This document shows positions 47,701-58,400 of a stretch of DNA of 64,000 nucleotides, piece by piece (the first letter of the stretch is position 1; the number at the start of each line of letters is the position of its first letter). The stretch comes from Podarcis filfolensis (lineage: Eukaryota): the NCBI GenBank assembly GCA_964270895.1, contig OZ185445.1. One strand, given 5' to 3'. Position numbers and translations under genes: made by a program. Below the pieces are notes generated by a model. The model saw nothing but the letters and a program-made list of their open reading frames with translations. It made no database searches and was not told the origin of the DNA.

Positions 47701-50700
47701 AGACTTCCAAACAATTTTCTGGAATTCAGAATGGTTTTATAGGATATCAACATTACTTTGCTGTTAAAGAATAATGAGCATGTTTTGTAGTAAAACTATT
47801 GCAACAGCTTCACTATTCCCCTACCCCTTACTCCAAAAAGTTCAGGTAATGTACATCAGCCTTCCCCAAACTGATGCCCCCTCCTGTTTTGGACCAAAAC
47901 TCCCATCAGTTGCAACCAGCATGGCCAATAATCCTAGGATGATGAGAGCTATAGCACAAAACATTTAGAGGGACATCACGATGGAGGACGCTAAGGTATA
48001 CCAATACTCTCTCACAACAAACCTGTGAGGTTAGGGCTTGGCATCAGCTGGTAAGATTTGCAGTTCAGGTTGGATTTTAACCTGGGTTTCCCCAAGCTGA
48101 GTACAACACTGTATATTTACTACACTACACTGCTTTTGTTTTGGAAAAGGAAACTTTTAACCTGGAATTATTTCCAAACCTTTCCAAAAAAACCTGTCAA
48201 TTGTTTATTTATTTTAACAAATTTTCCTAACGAAAAGCCAAGCTGCCTTCTTTTTTATTGCTGAGATGTTTTCCAAGCCAGCAAGCTCAACATGGAATCA
48301 CACCCTCAATCTTTGCAGGGCCGCAGGCCTAAAAAACCCTGAATACACATTCCCTCAGCAAAACTGCATTTGATGTTAAGAAAAAACCTGCGAAAAACAA
48401 GGGAATATGCCAGAGTGGCACATGACACAAGGGCAGAGCAGCACTCACTGGCATGGGGAAAAGGGCACAACAGGGTAACAGTAAGTATTGGCCCCTCCAA
48501 AATAGAAGCAGCCCACAGGTGCACACCTGTGGAGCCACTGCCAACTCATGAGTTCCCTGGACCTCTACCCTGCCTTTCCCATTCCTGGGGAGTGGCATCA
48601 CCACTTGAAGGGCACCACTGATGCTCCATCTCCTGCCAACCCCATATATTATTACTGGGAGTATGGCAAGGTGGGGGATGAAGGGGCAGATTCTTCCATG
48701 CATGAAGTTGCTCAATTCCTGCTGCCCATACTCTGCTGGTCAAGGTACGTGCTGTGCCAAGGAACTCAGAATTCCCATATATTTATGTAGGAGAGTGTAA
48801 AAGGTCTTGTAAGTCATACAAAGGGCCTCAATTGCCAAGCAATTTGTGATGCCTGCCTGATTAGTCCCGTCATCTTGCTGCACCCATTTTGCTTAATAGG
48901 TCATGACTCCTCCTTGCTTCTGTATAAGCTTCCTATTCCTGTCTATGCCCTCAATCTGTGCAACCAGTCACACTACAGTAGTACCTCTGGTTAAGTACTT
49001 AATTCGTTCCGGAGGTCTGTTCTTAACCTGAAACTGTTCTTGACCTGAAGCACCACTTTAGCTAATGGGGGCCTCCTGCTGCCTCTGCACTGCCGGAGCA
49101 TGATTTCTGTTCTCAACCTGAAGCAAAGTTCTTAACCTGAAGCACTGTTTCTGGGTTAGCGGAGTCTGTAACCTGAAGCATATGTAACCTGAAGCGTATG
49201 TAACCTGAGGTACCACTGTATATATATGTCAAGAGTGGGAAGCCTGTGACATGCCAGATGAACGTTGGACTTCAGCTTCTACCATCCCTGACCAGTGGCA
49301 ATGCTGGCTGGGGATAATGGGAGTTGGAGCCCCCAAAATTTGGAGAGTCCCATGTTCCCCAGCCCAATCTATAGCCTGATCCATAGCCTTCTCAATATAG
49401 CTTCTCATGAAGCTATATTGCTTCATGCTCTGCTTGAGCTTTAACATCTCTCTTCCCCTGCTACTTAATCTCACCGTATGCTTGGATTGCTTACACTGAG
49501 AAAAATTCTACTGTCTAATCAAGCACAATTTTTCCAATCCCTCAGCATGCCAGTTCCATTTGACTCTATCTTGCTGGGTTATGCCTATGCAGGTATTGCA
49601 GTTCACTGTTCTGAACAAAAGGGGGCCACCACTGAAAAGGCTTGATCCCGTGTTGCCATCCTCCAAACCTCCTGTGGAGGAGGAACATGAAGCAGTGCCT
49701 CAGATGATCTCAGGGTCCAGGTCAGTTCATTTACAGCCTAGCAATCACACATCTACATCCAGTGCAGAATAAGGCAATTTCATGTATGTAATGAATCTGC
49801 TGTTGGCCCACAGATGGCTCCCAAATGAACTATGGGATGAACTCCCAAATGAACATCATCTCCTTTCAACTCTCGGGTAGGAAGTACCCTGAGAAACTCC
49901 AGTTGACTACATACCAGGCAGGATGGGAGCCACTCCCAGCTGAAATTCCCTCAACATGGAGGGGCAGACCTAGAGCTAAACCTCCCTATCCTTGCCTTTG
50001 ATCTAAGCATGCCTTTACTGTGCCTATGTGGCATATGAAGCAAGAAAGATGAGCCTCACCAGCCTCCAGAAGCAATTTTTGGCTACCAAGCTGACCCAGT
50101 TTGTGGTTTCTTGCCAACTGAGCCTCACTGTTGCTCCATGTAAACTAAGAGCATAAGGATCAGGCCAACGGCACATCTACTGCAGCATCCTGTTCTCATA
50201 GTGGCTGCTCAGATGCCTGCAGGAAACCTGGATGCAAGACCTGAGCACAAGAGCATTCACTCCTCTTGTGGTTTCCAGAAACTGGCATATAGAAGCATTG
50301 CTGTTTCTGATCATGGAGACAGATCATAGCCAGCATGGCTAGTTGCCATTGATAAGCCTTGTCCTTTATATATTTGTCCAGTCCTCTTTTAAAGCCACCC
50401 TAATTGGCGTCCATTGCTGCTTCCATCACTGCCTCCTGTGGGAGTGAGTTCCACAGTTTAACTATGCACAGCATGTAGACAAACCAGGCGCCAGGCCTGG
50501 CTGCCCACTGCAACCTGACCCAGCTCTCTCCAGGAATTACGCACTGCAAGGGAACATTGGTTGTGTTTCGACAAGCTGTCTTTCTGGGAAGTCTGTGTGC
50601 TATTAGTCATCTTCTAACAAGGTGTCTCTGCTTGAAAACCTCCAGCACAGAATAAAACAAACACAGCTTTAATGCCTCTCTTGGTTTTCACACATTTGAC

Positions 50701-50848
50701 ATCAACACTTCCATCAGGCATCATGACTCTTCAGTCATCACCACAAACCTTCCAAGCTTTCTTGTTCATCTGATGTGAATGCATCCATCTGACTCTGTTC
50801 TCGCAAGAAATGGATTACAGCATATACAAGGCGTTTGACAGAAGACAT
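38670..50848 (-). CDS. SGTB: Small glutamine-rich TPR co-chaperone beta; complete spliced CDS of 915 nt, 304 aa
   Basis: join(-): 50749-50848, 46422-46525, 45134-45203, 43207-43306, 42681-42785, 41342-41480, 41192-41254, 40383-40420, 39581-39664, 38670-38781. All introns [26 protein letters not shown]..., three TPRs ([34 protein letters not shown]..), Q-rich C-terminus ending [13 protein letters not shown]. Confidence 0.98.
39581..39664 (-). CDS. SGTB: SGTB coding exon ([27 protein letters not shown])
   Basis: 84 nt, ttag|G ATG..CAT GC|gtaagt. Confidence 0.96.
40383..40420 (-). CDS. SGTB: SGTB coding exon ([13 protein letters not shown])
   Basis: 38 nt, ttcag|GCA GCG..CAA CT|gtaagt. Confidence 0.95.
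40568..40884. mobile_element. Degenerate palindromic MITE (GGATCCAA termini)
   Basis: Imperfect inverted arms around GGCAATTTTTGCCAAT / ACTGGCAAAAACTGC; similar element near 23078-23290. Confidence 0.4.
41192..41254 (-). CDS. SGTB: SGTB coding exon ([21 protein letters not shown])
   Basis: 63 nt, ttcag|ACT..ATG|gtaagt. Confidence 0.96.
41342..41480 (-). CDS. SGTB: SGTB coding exon (TPR3)
   Basis: 139 nt, [46 protein letters not shown]. Confidence 0.97.
42681..42785 (-). CDS. SGTB: SGTB coding exon (TPR2)
   Basis: 105 nt, [34 protein letters not shown]. Confidence 0.97.
42917..42996. mobile_element. Old palindromic MITE (CAATCCTAA...TTAGCATTG)
   Basis: Imperfect inverted arms of about 33 bp; fragments of similar type near 13640-13697 and 44215-44285. 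Confidence 0.5.
43207..43306 (-). CDS. SGTB: SGTB coding exon (TPR1)
   Basis: 100 nt, [32 protein letters not shown]. Confidence 0.97.
43855..44090 (+). mobile_element. L2 LINE ORF2 fragment (degenerate)
   Basis: Translates ..[14 protein letters not shown].., resembling the L2 motif WMxxNKLKLNPxKTE. Confidence 0.7.
45134..45203 (-). CDS. SGTB: SGTB coding exon ([23 protein letters not shown])
   Basis: 70 nt, AG/GT flanks, phase-consistent. Confidence 0.95.
46422..46525 (-). CDS. SGTB: SGTB coding exon ([34 protein letters not shown])
   Basis: 104 nt, AAG|gtaag. Confidence 0.95.
48976..49218. mobile_element. Tc1/mariner MITE (CAGTGGTACCTC family), 243 bp
   Basis: TIRs CAGTAGTACCTC / GAGGTACCACTG; TA TSD; about 7 internal AACCTGA repeats. 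Confidence 0.88.
50143..50475 (-). mobile_element. CR1-type LINE 3' fragment
   Basis: ...CAGCATCCTGTTCTCATAGTGGC...CTCTTTTAAAGCCACCCTAATTGG...GAGTTCCACAGTTTAACTATGC. Confidence 0.65.
50749..50848 (-). CDS. SGTB: SGTB first coding exon (exon 2; exon begins about 50870)
   Basis: ATG at 50848-50846, [34 protein letters not shown]|gtttgt; acceptor attcag at 50871. Confidence 0.96.
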
Positions 50849-51173
50849 TTTCAAGGTCTGTGAAGCTCCCCTGAATCACAAAAGTAAGAACAATCAAATT
50901 AGTTCTAAGGAAATACAGGGAAACCCAGTAAAACTGAGAACGCAAAAGCTTTTAGATTTCAACAACAGTTTTTCTGGATGCTACCTTACTGAATTACGCT
51001 GAAGCTAGAAGAGTTGTGGATAATGAAGACTCCTTTATCATAGACTATAGGGCTCTGCCCATTCCAACATATTTTTTTAAAAAAATCAATTAATTAGTAT
51101 TGCATTAACCAATCCTTTTTGCTTTCCCCAATTGCTGTTCCTCTCCAAAAACCAAAACAGGGAAGGGATAAGG

Positions 51174-51589
51174 CATGGGTCGGCAAACTAAGGTCCGTGG
51201 GTCGGATCAGGCCCAATTGCCTTCTGGGTCCGGCCCATGGATGGTCCGGGAATCGCACATGAACTTTCCCCCTCTCCTTTCCCTCCTCCCTCCCTCCCTC
51301 CTAGCTTCTCCCCGCCCTGCCTAGAGGAGGAAGGGGGCTGGGCTTTGTTGGTGCCAGCAGCAGCAGTGCTCAAGCGGCCACCATTTTAAGCAGCCCTTCT
51401 CCGGAGCCCTTTTGTGCACCGCTCATTGTCCCCTCGCTGCCGCCGCCAGCCCCTGCAACTCACAAGACACAGGTAAGCAGCCACCGGGGCTCGTCCGGTG
51501 CTGTGGAGAAGGGAGGGGAAAGTCAGGGGGGATGGCTTATAGTCCGGCCCTCCACAAAGCCCCCTGTTGAAAAAGTTTGCTGACCCCTG
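51174..51589. mobile_element. hAT (Charlie-like) non-autonomous element, 416 bp, GC-rich core
   Basis: TIRs CATGGGTCGGCAAA / TTTGCTGACCCCTG (12/14); perfect 8-bp TSD GGATAAGG at 51166-51173 and 51590-51597. Confidence 0.9.
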
Positions 51590-52287
51590 GGATAAGGAAT
51601 GCTTATAGAAATACAGGGTCCCCCCTCCAGGCCTTGGGCACCGATAAATTCATCAAATTACCTTTTATCTTCTTAACTGACTTTGCCCCTCTGCCTTGCT
51701 ACCATCTGTAGACTGAGAGAAGAGCTTCAGCTGATCATGCATATAGCTGATTTGTTGGGATTTGCCTCCCAACATGCAACTGCTGCACTTCAAAGAGCCA
51801 AAATGTGGGGATGGAGGAAGCAGTTAAGCCTGTGAAGCTCTCTATTTCCCTGCATGAGGACTGAGGGAAGAACTAAGAATCTCACGGCATACTAAGACTA
51901 ACCAATTTATAATGAAAAAAGCTTTTGTGGCTTAGAGAAGCCCCTTCAACAGAGACATAAAGTGTCACTCTCAGCTGGCAGGTATGCATACAAATGGGTG
52001 CAATGTATTGTGGGTTTTATTCTGTTTTCTTTTCCTTATATATTTGAAAATCAGTAAAAACATCATGCTTTAAAAAAAAAAGGGCACAAAAGGGAGGAAA
52101 CGTAGTAGTTGGAAATGATACGGAACCAAGCACTGATCAACAATATACAATTTATCAAGTAGGCCAATTCTGCTCATTTGGATCTGAGCAAAGACAATGA
52201 TTTCATTTCGCAACACAGAAATTAATTTCATGACTCTCGAATTTCTAGATTTTTCTTCTCCGATTCTGGGTCTTTTCTTTTGTCCTA

Positions 52288-52392
52288 TGGTAAAAAAGGT
52301 AAGGTAAAGAGACCCCTGGACAGTTAAGTCCAGTCAAAGGCGACTATGGGGTGCAGCGTTCATCTCACTTCAGGCCAAGGGAGCCAGCATTT
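52288..52392 (-). mobile_element. Sauria SINE 3' fragment (5'-truncated)
   Basis: GGTAAAAAAGGTAAGGTAAAGAGACCCCTGGACAGTTAAGTCCAGTCAAAGGCGACTATGGGG is the reverse of the Sauria SINE 3' end with its (ACCTTT)n-type tail. Confidence 0.8.
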
Positions 52393-55011
52393 ATGCTGGT
52401 AGGAACTTGGCTGTGCTGGCATTGCTACCCAACACTGTCTGCCTGGTTTGGGTGGGTGGAGCATATTCATACTGGTAGTTCTATCAACTATATGCATGGA
52501 TTTGGTTGGGTTGCAATATTGACCTCTGGGAGGGGTTGAAGTGAGAAAGAGAGAGGTTGCTGCAGTTTGGGTACAGTTTCCCCAAAGAGCAGAGCTAGGG
52601 TGTGTTTCCTGGTTTGTTCAAGTGTTCTCCTTAGTTCTCAAAATATGGAGGCTATTATTTTTAATAACCTTTTATTGGATTTTATAAACAAGGATCGTAA
52701 GAATAATTAATAATACAAATAAATATACCAAGCCTTCTTATTTCATTTGTATATCACAAAAATAGCATAATAAATTTTCAGTAATATCTACAACATATGG
52801 TTCATTATTAGTGATCAATGTGTAAGTTCTTGGTTCGTGAATTGGTTTAAACAAAAACAAAGGAGGAGCAGGATAGAACAGAGATAACAGGTAACATTCA
52901 GTATCACATAGCCAAACATCCAATCAGGAGCCCTTGTGGTTGTACTTAGAATAAGTATGAGTAATAGTCATTTTCCCTCTAATTTTACCAATGAAACAAT
53001 ATCAAGTGTTGGTCTATTTATGAATGCAGGAGGGGGCGTTCAAAGGGAAGACAATAATTTATGTTTCAATAAAATTGAGATAAACCAGACTGAGCCAAAT
53101 GTTGTACATTTTATGGACTACTGGCATATGGAGGCTATTATGATCTATACTTGGTGGCTCATACTCAGAGGCCAGGGGCGTGAGTCGTAGTGCTAAGATT
53201 CTGTGAACCTTGAGGGGGTTAAGATGGGGCTAACTTGGGTTCCAAGTGAGCTTTTAGAAATTGCTTGAAGCCTGAGTTTCCAAGGGTGGGGGAGGAAGCT
53301 TGGCACATTACATATCCTTAAGAGAACTCTCTTCTTCATTTAATGGCAAACCAAGTCCCAGTGCTGAAGAATGAGTGCACTCACCACCGGAGATGAGAAC
53401 TTAGACTACATGTTGCTGGGCTCAAGATGTTCACGAAAGACAGCAGGTTTGTCACTATGGATCTTATGTCTACTGTGAGGCTGCATTTTGGGTTTTGCTG
53501 AGGCATGCACTTTATTTATTTATTTAAAACATGTCTAAACCATCTTTCAATTCCCGAGGCAGTTCAGATTGTTAGGGGGAGAACAAAAAACAAATGAAAC
53601 GACAACAATCGATAAAACATTTTGCAAGTAAAAGGAAGCTTCCTGGTAAATATTTCGAATGCTTCCTATCACCATCCTACAGCAACTCACATGCACATTC
53701 CAGCTAGGCCTCAGGCTGGCCACGGTTATTTACACAATGCATAAGCATATTAGCCCTGGGCAAGAGATGAAAGGATGAAAACAGCAGCAGCTGCCCCACC
53801 CACCCCCCAAAAATCCACCAACTACCTCCAATGTATGGAATGTCCTTAAGGACTCTGTAAAGCTCTATGCTCACTGATGCTGCTATGGAAATTAATTATT
53901 ATTAATAATAATTTATCACCTATCAATGCAGCCCAAAATTGCTTTCCACATTGTTGTTTTAAATGAACCACACAACTGAACTGATGGAAATGGTAAAGGG
54001 AAACATGCCCTTTTACGAAAATAAACATAATAACTGTCTTATTCCAACATAGACCTGCCCTTTAGGATGAAGACTAGAACATGGTGACCTCAATGCAAAC
54101 TTGTGATTAGTGACACAGTGCTGACTCAGAGCTTCATTTGCATCCAGCATCTTCTCTGTTAGAAATTATGTAACTTATGGGAAATTTTTCCCAGTACAAC
54201 TTCATAGGTTCTCCTCCTCCCCACCGCCCGCTGCCAAATTCACCCTGAAAAGACTTCATAATATCGATGCTAAAAATACTGTGTGGACTATTAAGGCTGA
54301 TGATGAACATCCAAAGGGTTGCTAGCCAATGGCGAAGCAATAAGTGTTGTCATATAATAAACGGTGTGTTTGTTTTAATGGTGGCGCAGCCCACTCGAGG
54401 CAAACGTTGCCGAGCGCAGGAGGATGCAGCGTGTCCTTAATAACGGCAGCATTTTGCATCCCCCGGTGCACTTTATGGAGTTATATAACTGGCCGCTTCT
54501 ATTTCGGAAAACGTTATTCCTTGGGAATGCTTTCGGCAGGTCCCCCCTGGTTCACCCACATACGCACATTTGGCAGGTGGACAGCTTCAGGGCTGGGAGC
54601 CCACGAGCAGAGGACAGTCATGCAATGCGTACCCAACGCGGGAGAAACCCTGCCAGCAACCCGCCTAAGAAACCTGACACAAACACCTCCGCTCGCCCAT
54701 TTTCTCCATCTGGCTAGGCTACGTCCCCCTCAGGTGCGCAAGCCAGACCGAGATCGCGCCGGACGCTAAGGCGGGAGACGGCGAGCTACCTGAGGGGTGG
54801 GGTGCGAGGCGAAGACCTGCAAAAGGGGGGAGGAAAGCGACGGGGATGCTGGGCGCCCTTCCTCACCAACATGCGCGCCAACATCTGGGAGAGCCAGATG
54901 TTCTCCCCGTCCCTCCTTCTTGCACGGGCGGCTACGGCGGCAGCCGCCTCTCTGCGGCTTTTGCGCGGCACACTCCATGCAGAAGGGCAGGGCAATGGCA
55001 GAAGAGCTTAC

Positions 55012-55190
55012 CGCGCCAGCAGGATCAGGAGGAGGAGGAGGAAGACCGGGCGGGCGGAGCAATGGCTGTCCGCTACCAAGCTGCTTTCGTCCGCCGCCGC
55101 CGCCGCTGCTATGAGAGGCACAAACTTGTCCCCGGCTCGCTCCCGAGGCGTTGTTGTTGTCCGTGTGAAAGGGAGTGAGGGAAGGCGGGC
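55012..55190 (-). other. SGTB: Probable non-coding exon 1 of SGTB (upstream boundary approximate)
   Basis: Strong donor GCG|gtaagc at 55012/55011 on the minus strand inside the CpG island; GC-rich with a (GCG)n run and no ATG seen. TSS cannot be determined from sequence. Confidence 0.55.
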
Positions 55191-55442
55191 GCGTGCCTGA
55201 AGGGGGCGCGCCTGCGCGCGCGGCGGCGGGAACGAGACCTGGCCCGGCGGAAGTGAATGCGCAGCTCGGCTGGGCGGCGAGCGCGCGAAGCGGCGGCGGC
55301 GGCTGCAGGCGCACGTGGGGGGAGCTGTGCGTGCGCCCCGGCAGGCGGCGAAGGGAGCTGGGAGCGGCCGGCGCGTGGGAGCAGAGAGGGGGGCGTCCTT
55401 GGCTGGGAGCGGGGCTGCTTTTCCTCGCCTGTCCTTCCCTTC

Positions 55443-55483
55443 ATGCTGTCCTTGGGCGTCTCCGCGGGCCGAAGCTTCTGCAG
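55443..55483 (+). CDS. NLN: NLN coding exon 1 (start of mitochondrial presequence)
   Basis: 41 nt, phase 2, CAG|gtaccc; joins exon 2 in frame; same length as human exon 1 CDS as recalled. Confidence 0.85.
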
Positions 55484-58400
55484 GTACCCCGTGCAAGAAA
55501 GACCTCGCCTCACCTGCGAAGGAGTAAGGCGGCAGCGGGAGGGTCCCCGCGTGGTATCTGAAGGACGCTGGTGGGAGGGGGTCTGGCTGTCTTTTTTTCT
55601 CCTGGCCGCAATATCTTTTGTGTGGCACAAGTGCATTAAGCGGCCATGCCCTCCCTTCCGCGGTGGGAGTAGCCGTTTGGTAAAATCGCTCCTTTATAGG
55701 TTAACCTCCCTATTGCCTTCCCTTGAACTGTTTCCAGCGCCCGTTTCTTCCTTCAGATGCCAAGGAAGAAAGCCATACCTTATTCTTAAGGGTGTTTCAA
55801 ATAGACGCAGAGGAGGGAATCGCTGCGGTTTAGGAGTTGCCATCCCTGAAAAAGAAGATCCCACCCCACCCCCTTCAGCCCTCTTGAACATATTGGCCAC
55901 CCTCTCCCCCCTTTAGGTGCCACGATTTTAGCAAGGGTCTGGCACTCAGAATGTGACGGAAACTATCGAACATGCAAAAAGAAAAAAAGGGGGGCACACT
56001 ATGGGTATGTATTTATTGTGATATGAGCCTTTGCAGGCAGCAACCTGCATTAATGTGGGATGCATTCAAGGAACATCTTATGTATATTGAGTCCACATGT
56101 CATTATTTCAATAGCATTAGATTTTTAGATTAATCTTTAAGGGACCAATTGGGTGTATGCTTTCACTGGATTGCAGTTTGAGAAGTAGGATTAAAGAGCA
56201 CCCAAATGTGCCTGCCTTGACTGCATGAGATCCCTTACTTAATAATACAATACAGTTTCTGACACACCTTAATCTAGAACAGTGACAAAAGGGTTCAGTT
56301 CAGTAATCATTTAGCAAAAGCATTAAGTTGCTCGTGAATTTTGGAGTTAATTTATTGAAATGTGCTTAGCTGTGTTTGTAACAGACATGCTTGTATATTT
56401 AATATATGATTGAGAAACCTGTAAAGCTATTGTTCTTGTCTTTAGGAGCTAGAGTGATAATAACAGTCTGCCTATATATAATATGCTATGGTCCTATACA
56501 TATTTTACAGTGATGAAGGTACAGGCTAAAAAAAAAGAATTTCTAAGACACTGTGTTACTAATGAGGGTGATTGCAGGTTTTAGATGCCATTTGAATAAG
56601 CATGCCTCTGTGACATATTCTGAAATCATTGCTTTATTCCAGCAGCCATTCCTTTGCCAATTTAGTCTTGCCTAAATCCATTAGTGGACCTGAATTTACA
56701 TAGTTCTGCTTAGGATCAGGCAGTAAATCAGTGCATGTTAAATATCTGATACATGAAAGACGGATGAGTGAATCTTACAGGAGAACTTAAATATGTACAG
56801 AGTGTCTTGAGTTTGACGTAAGTAAAGTTTCATCTCTACACGAGGCATAAATAATGCGATGCTGCTTGTTGTCCCGAAGCTGTTCTTCATATTTTCAGCA
56901 GTGCTTCTGTCACCAGTCCCTATGAAGTTACTTTCTAGTACTAGAGATGAGAGTAAATGGCCTTTATCATTGGTTGAATGTTTGTGGGATAATGCTTGGT
57001 TAGACTTAAGGTCAGAGAGCGAGTGTAGCAAATGAGTTTAGCAAATGAGAGCAACAGAACCGTCCTCATTTTCCTTTATATGTGCATGTACTAGTTGCAG
57101 TGGTTAATTGCATGGCCAAGGAACACCACATCTGCAGAAAAAGTTTTTCAAGCTCTTAATATGGAGATACTCTGTGAGCACCCTCCAAAAATAGCTGTCT
57201 GTTCTTCCTGCTCTTTAATTGAAAGCCACAGAGTGTGATCTGATCCCTAAGCTACGCCCAGTCCTAAATTCCCCTTGAACGCCCAACACAACATCAGTAC
57301 AGTGAATTTATGCCAGGTGATCTCACTCTAGATCTCCTTTGGCTTTTTATGGAATGCAGTGATGGGGAACACTGCACTTGCTACTCAGCTAACCCTTGGG
57401 CATATTTCAGAAGTACACAGACCATGCAAGATTGACAGTCCCATGATTCTGTGAACCTGTCAGAATTCATCCCACTACTGCTGTTATTCAATAAAATCTG
57501 TCTGCATTAGGTGTGTGTGTGTGTGTGTTCTCCTGATGTTAGCGCTCCTTCCTGCCATTGTTACTCAGCTTGGATGTCTTAATGGTTAGGGCCCTATAAT
57601 GAACAAAGGCAGTGGTGTTTGTCACCCTACCAGGGCTTTGGATCTGCAACTTGTCTATGGCTCTGCCAATGGATAACAGCTCAGTGTTCTCCTGTAACAG
57701 CCCCTTCAGCAGTTACGGTACTTCCGGTGGGGCTTGATAATAAGGTATGGTGGGGGAATGGAGTAATAAACTGATGCTCAATACAGGTGAGACAGAGGTG
57801 CTGTGGTTGGGTAGCTTATCTGCACAGAGAGTTCATGTTGTACTTGACACAGTCACCTTTTGCCTGAAGGAACAGGCTCGCCACTTCAACGTTCTCATTG
57901 ATGCATATTTGTCACTGAGGGCATAGGTTGCTTCTGTGGCATGAAGTGCCTGTTAGCAGCTTATATTGGTGTGCTAGATAAAGTCTGGACACAGAGAGAG
58001 TCTAACCATAACGTTCCGTGCTCTGCTACCCTCCAGGTTAGACTGTAATGTGCTCTATATGACGCCTTTGAAAAATGGCAACTAGTTCAGAATGCAGCGC
58101 CTAGAATACTAAGTGAGACTGGTTGTCATGATCACACCACACTGGTGCTGTTGTAGTGGTAAAGCTGGTTTTGACCCTTAAATCCCTTTACAGCCTATCT
58201 CCTCATGTGCCTACCCAAACGGTAACATCTTCAGGACCAGGGGGAAGAAATGGCATCCAGTTATGGAATGCTGTCTCCAGAGAGATCTGCCTGGCAGCTG
58301 TTTTGTTGTCCTGTCAGTGCCAAGCAAATACCTCCTTGTTTTCCCAGGTCTTTAGAGTTAATTTTATCCCTGCCGATTGTATTTATATGGTGATTCCTGC

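Larger units (their letters stand above)
54370..55830. promoter_or_regulatory. CpG-island bidirectional promoter of SGTB and NLN
   Basis: Very CpG-rich; NRF1-like GCGCCTGCGC 55208-55217, ETS CGGAAGTG 55248-55255, E-box CACGTG 55312-55317; lies between the divergent first exons. Confidence 0.85.

Noticed and set aside
54344-55916. Stack of overlapping 100-219 aa ORFs on both strands
   Set aside because: CpG-island artefacts with low-complexity Ala/Arg/Pro/Gly content; only 55443-55483 is splice-consistent with NLN
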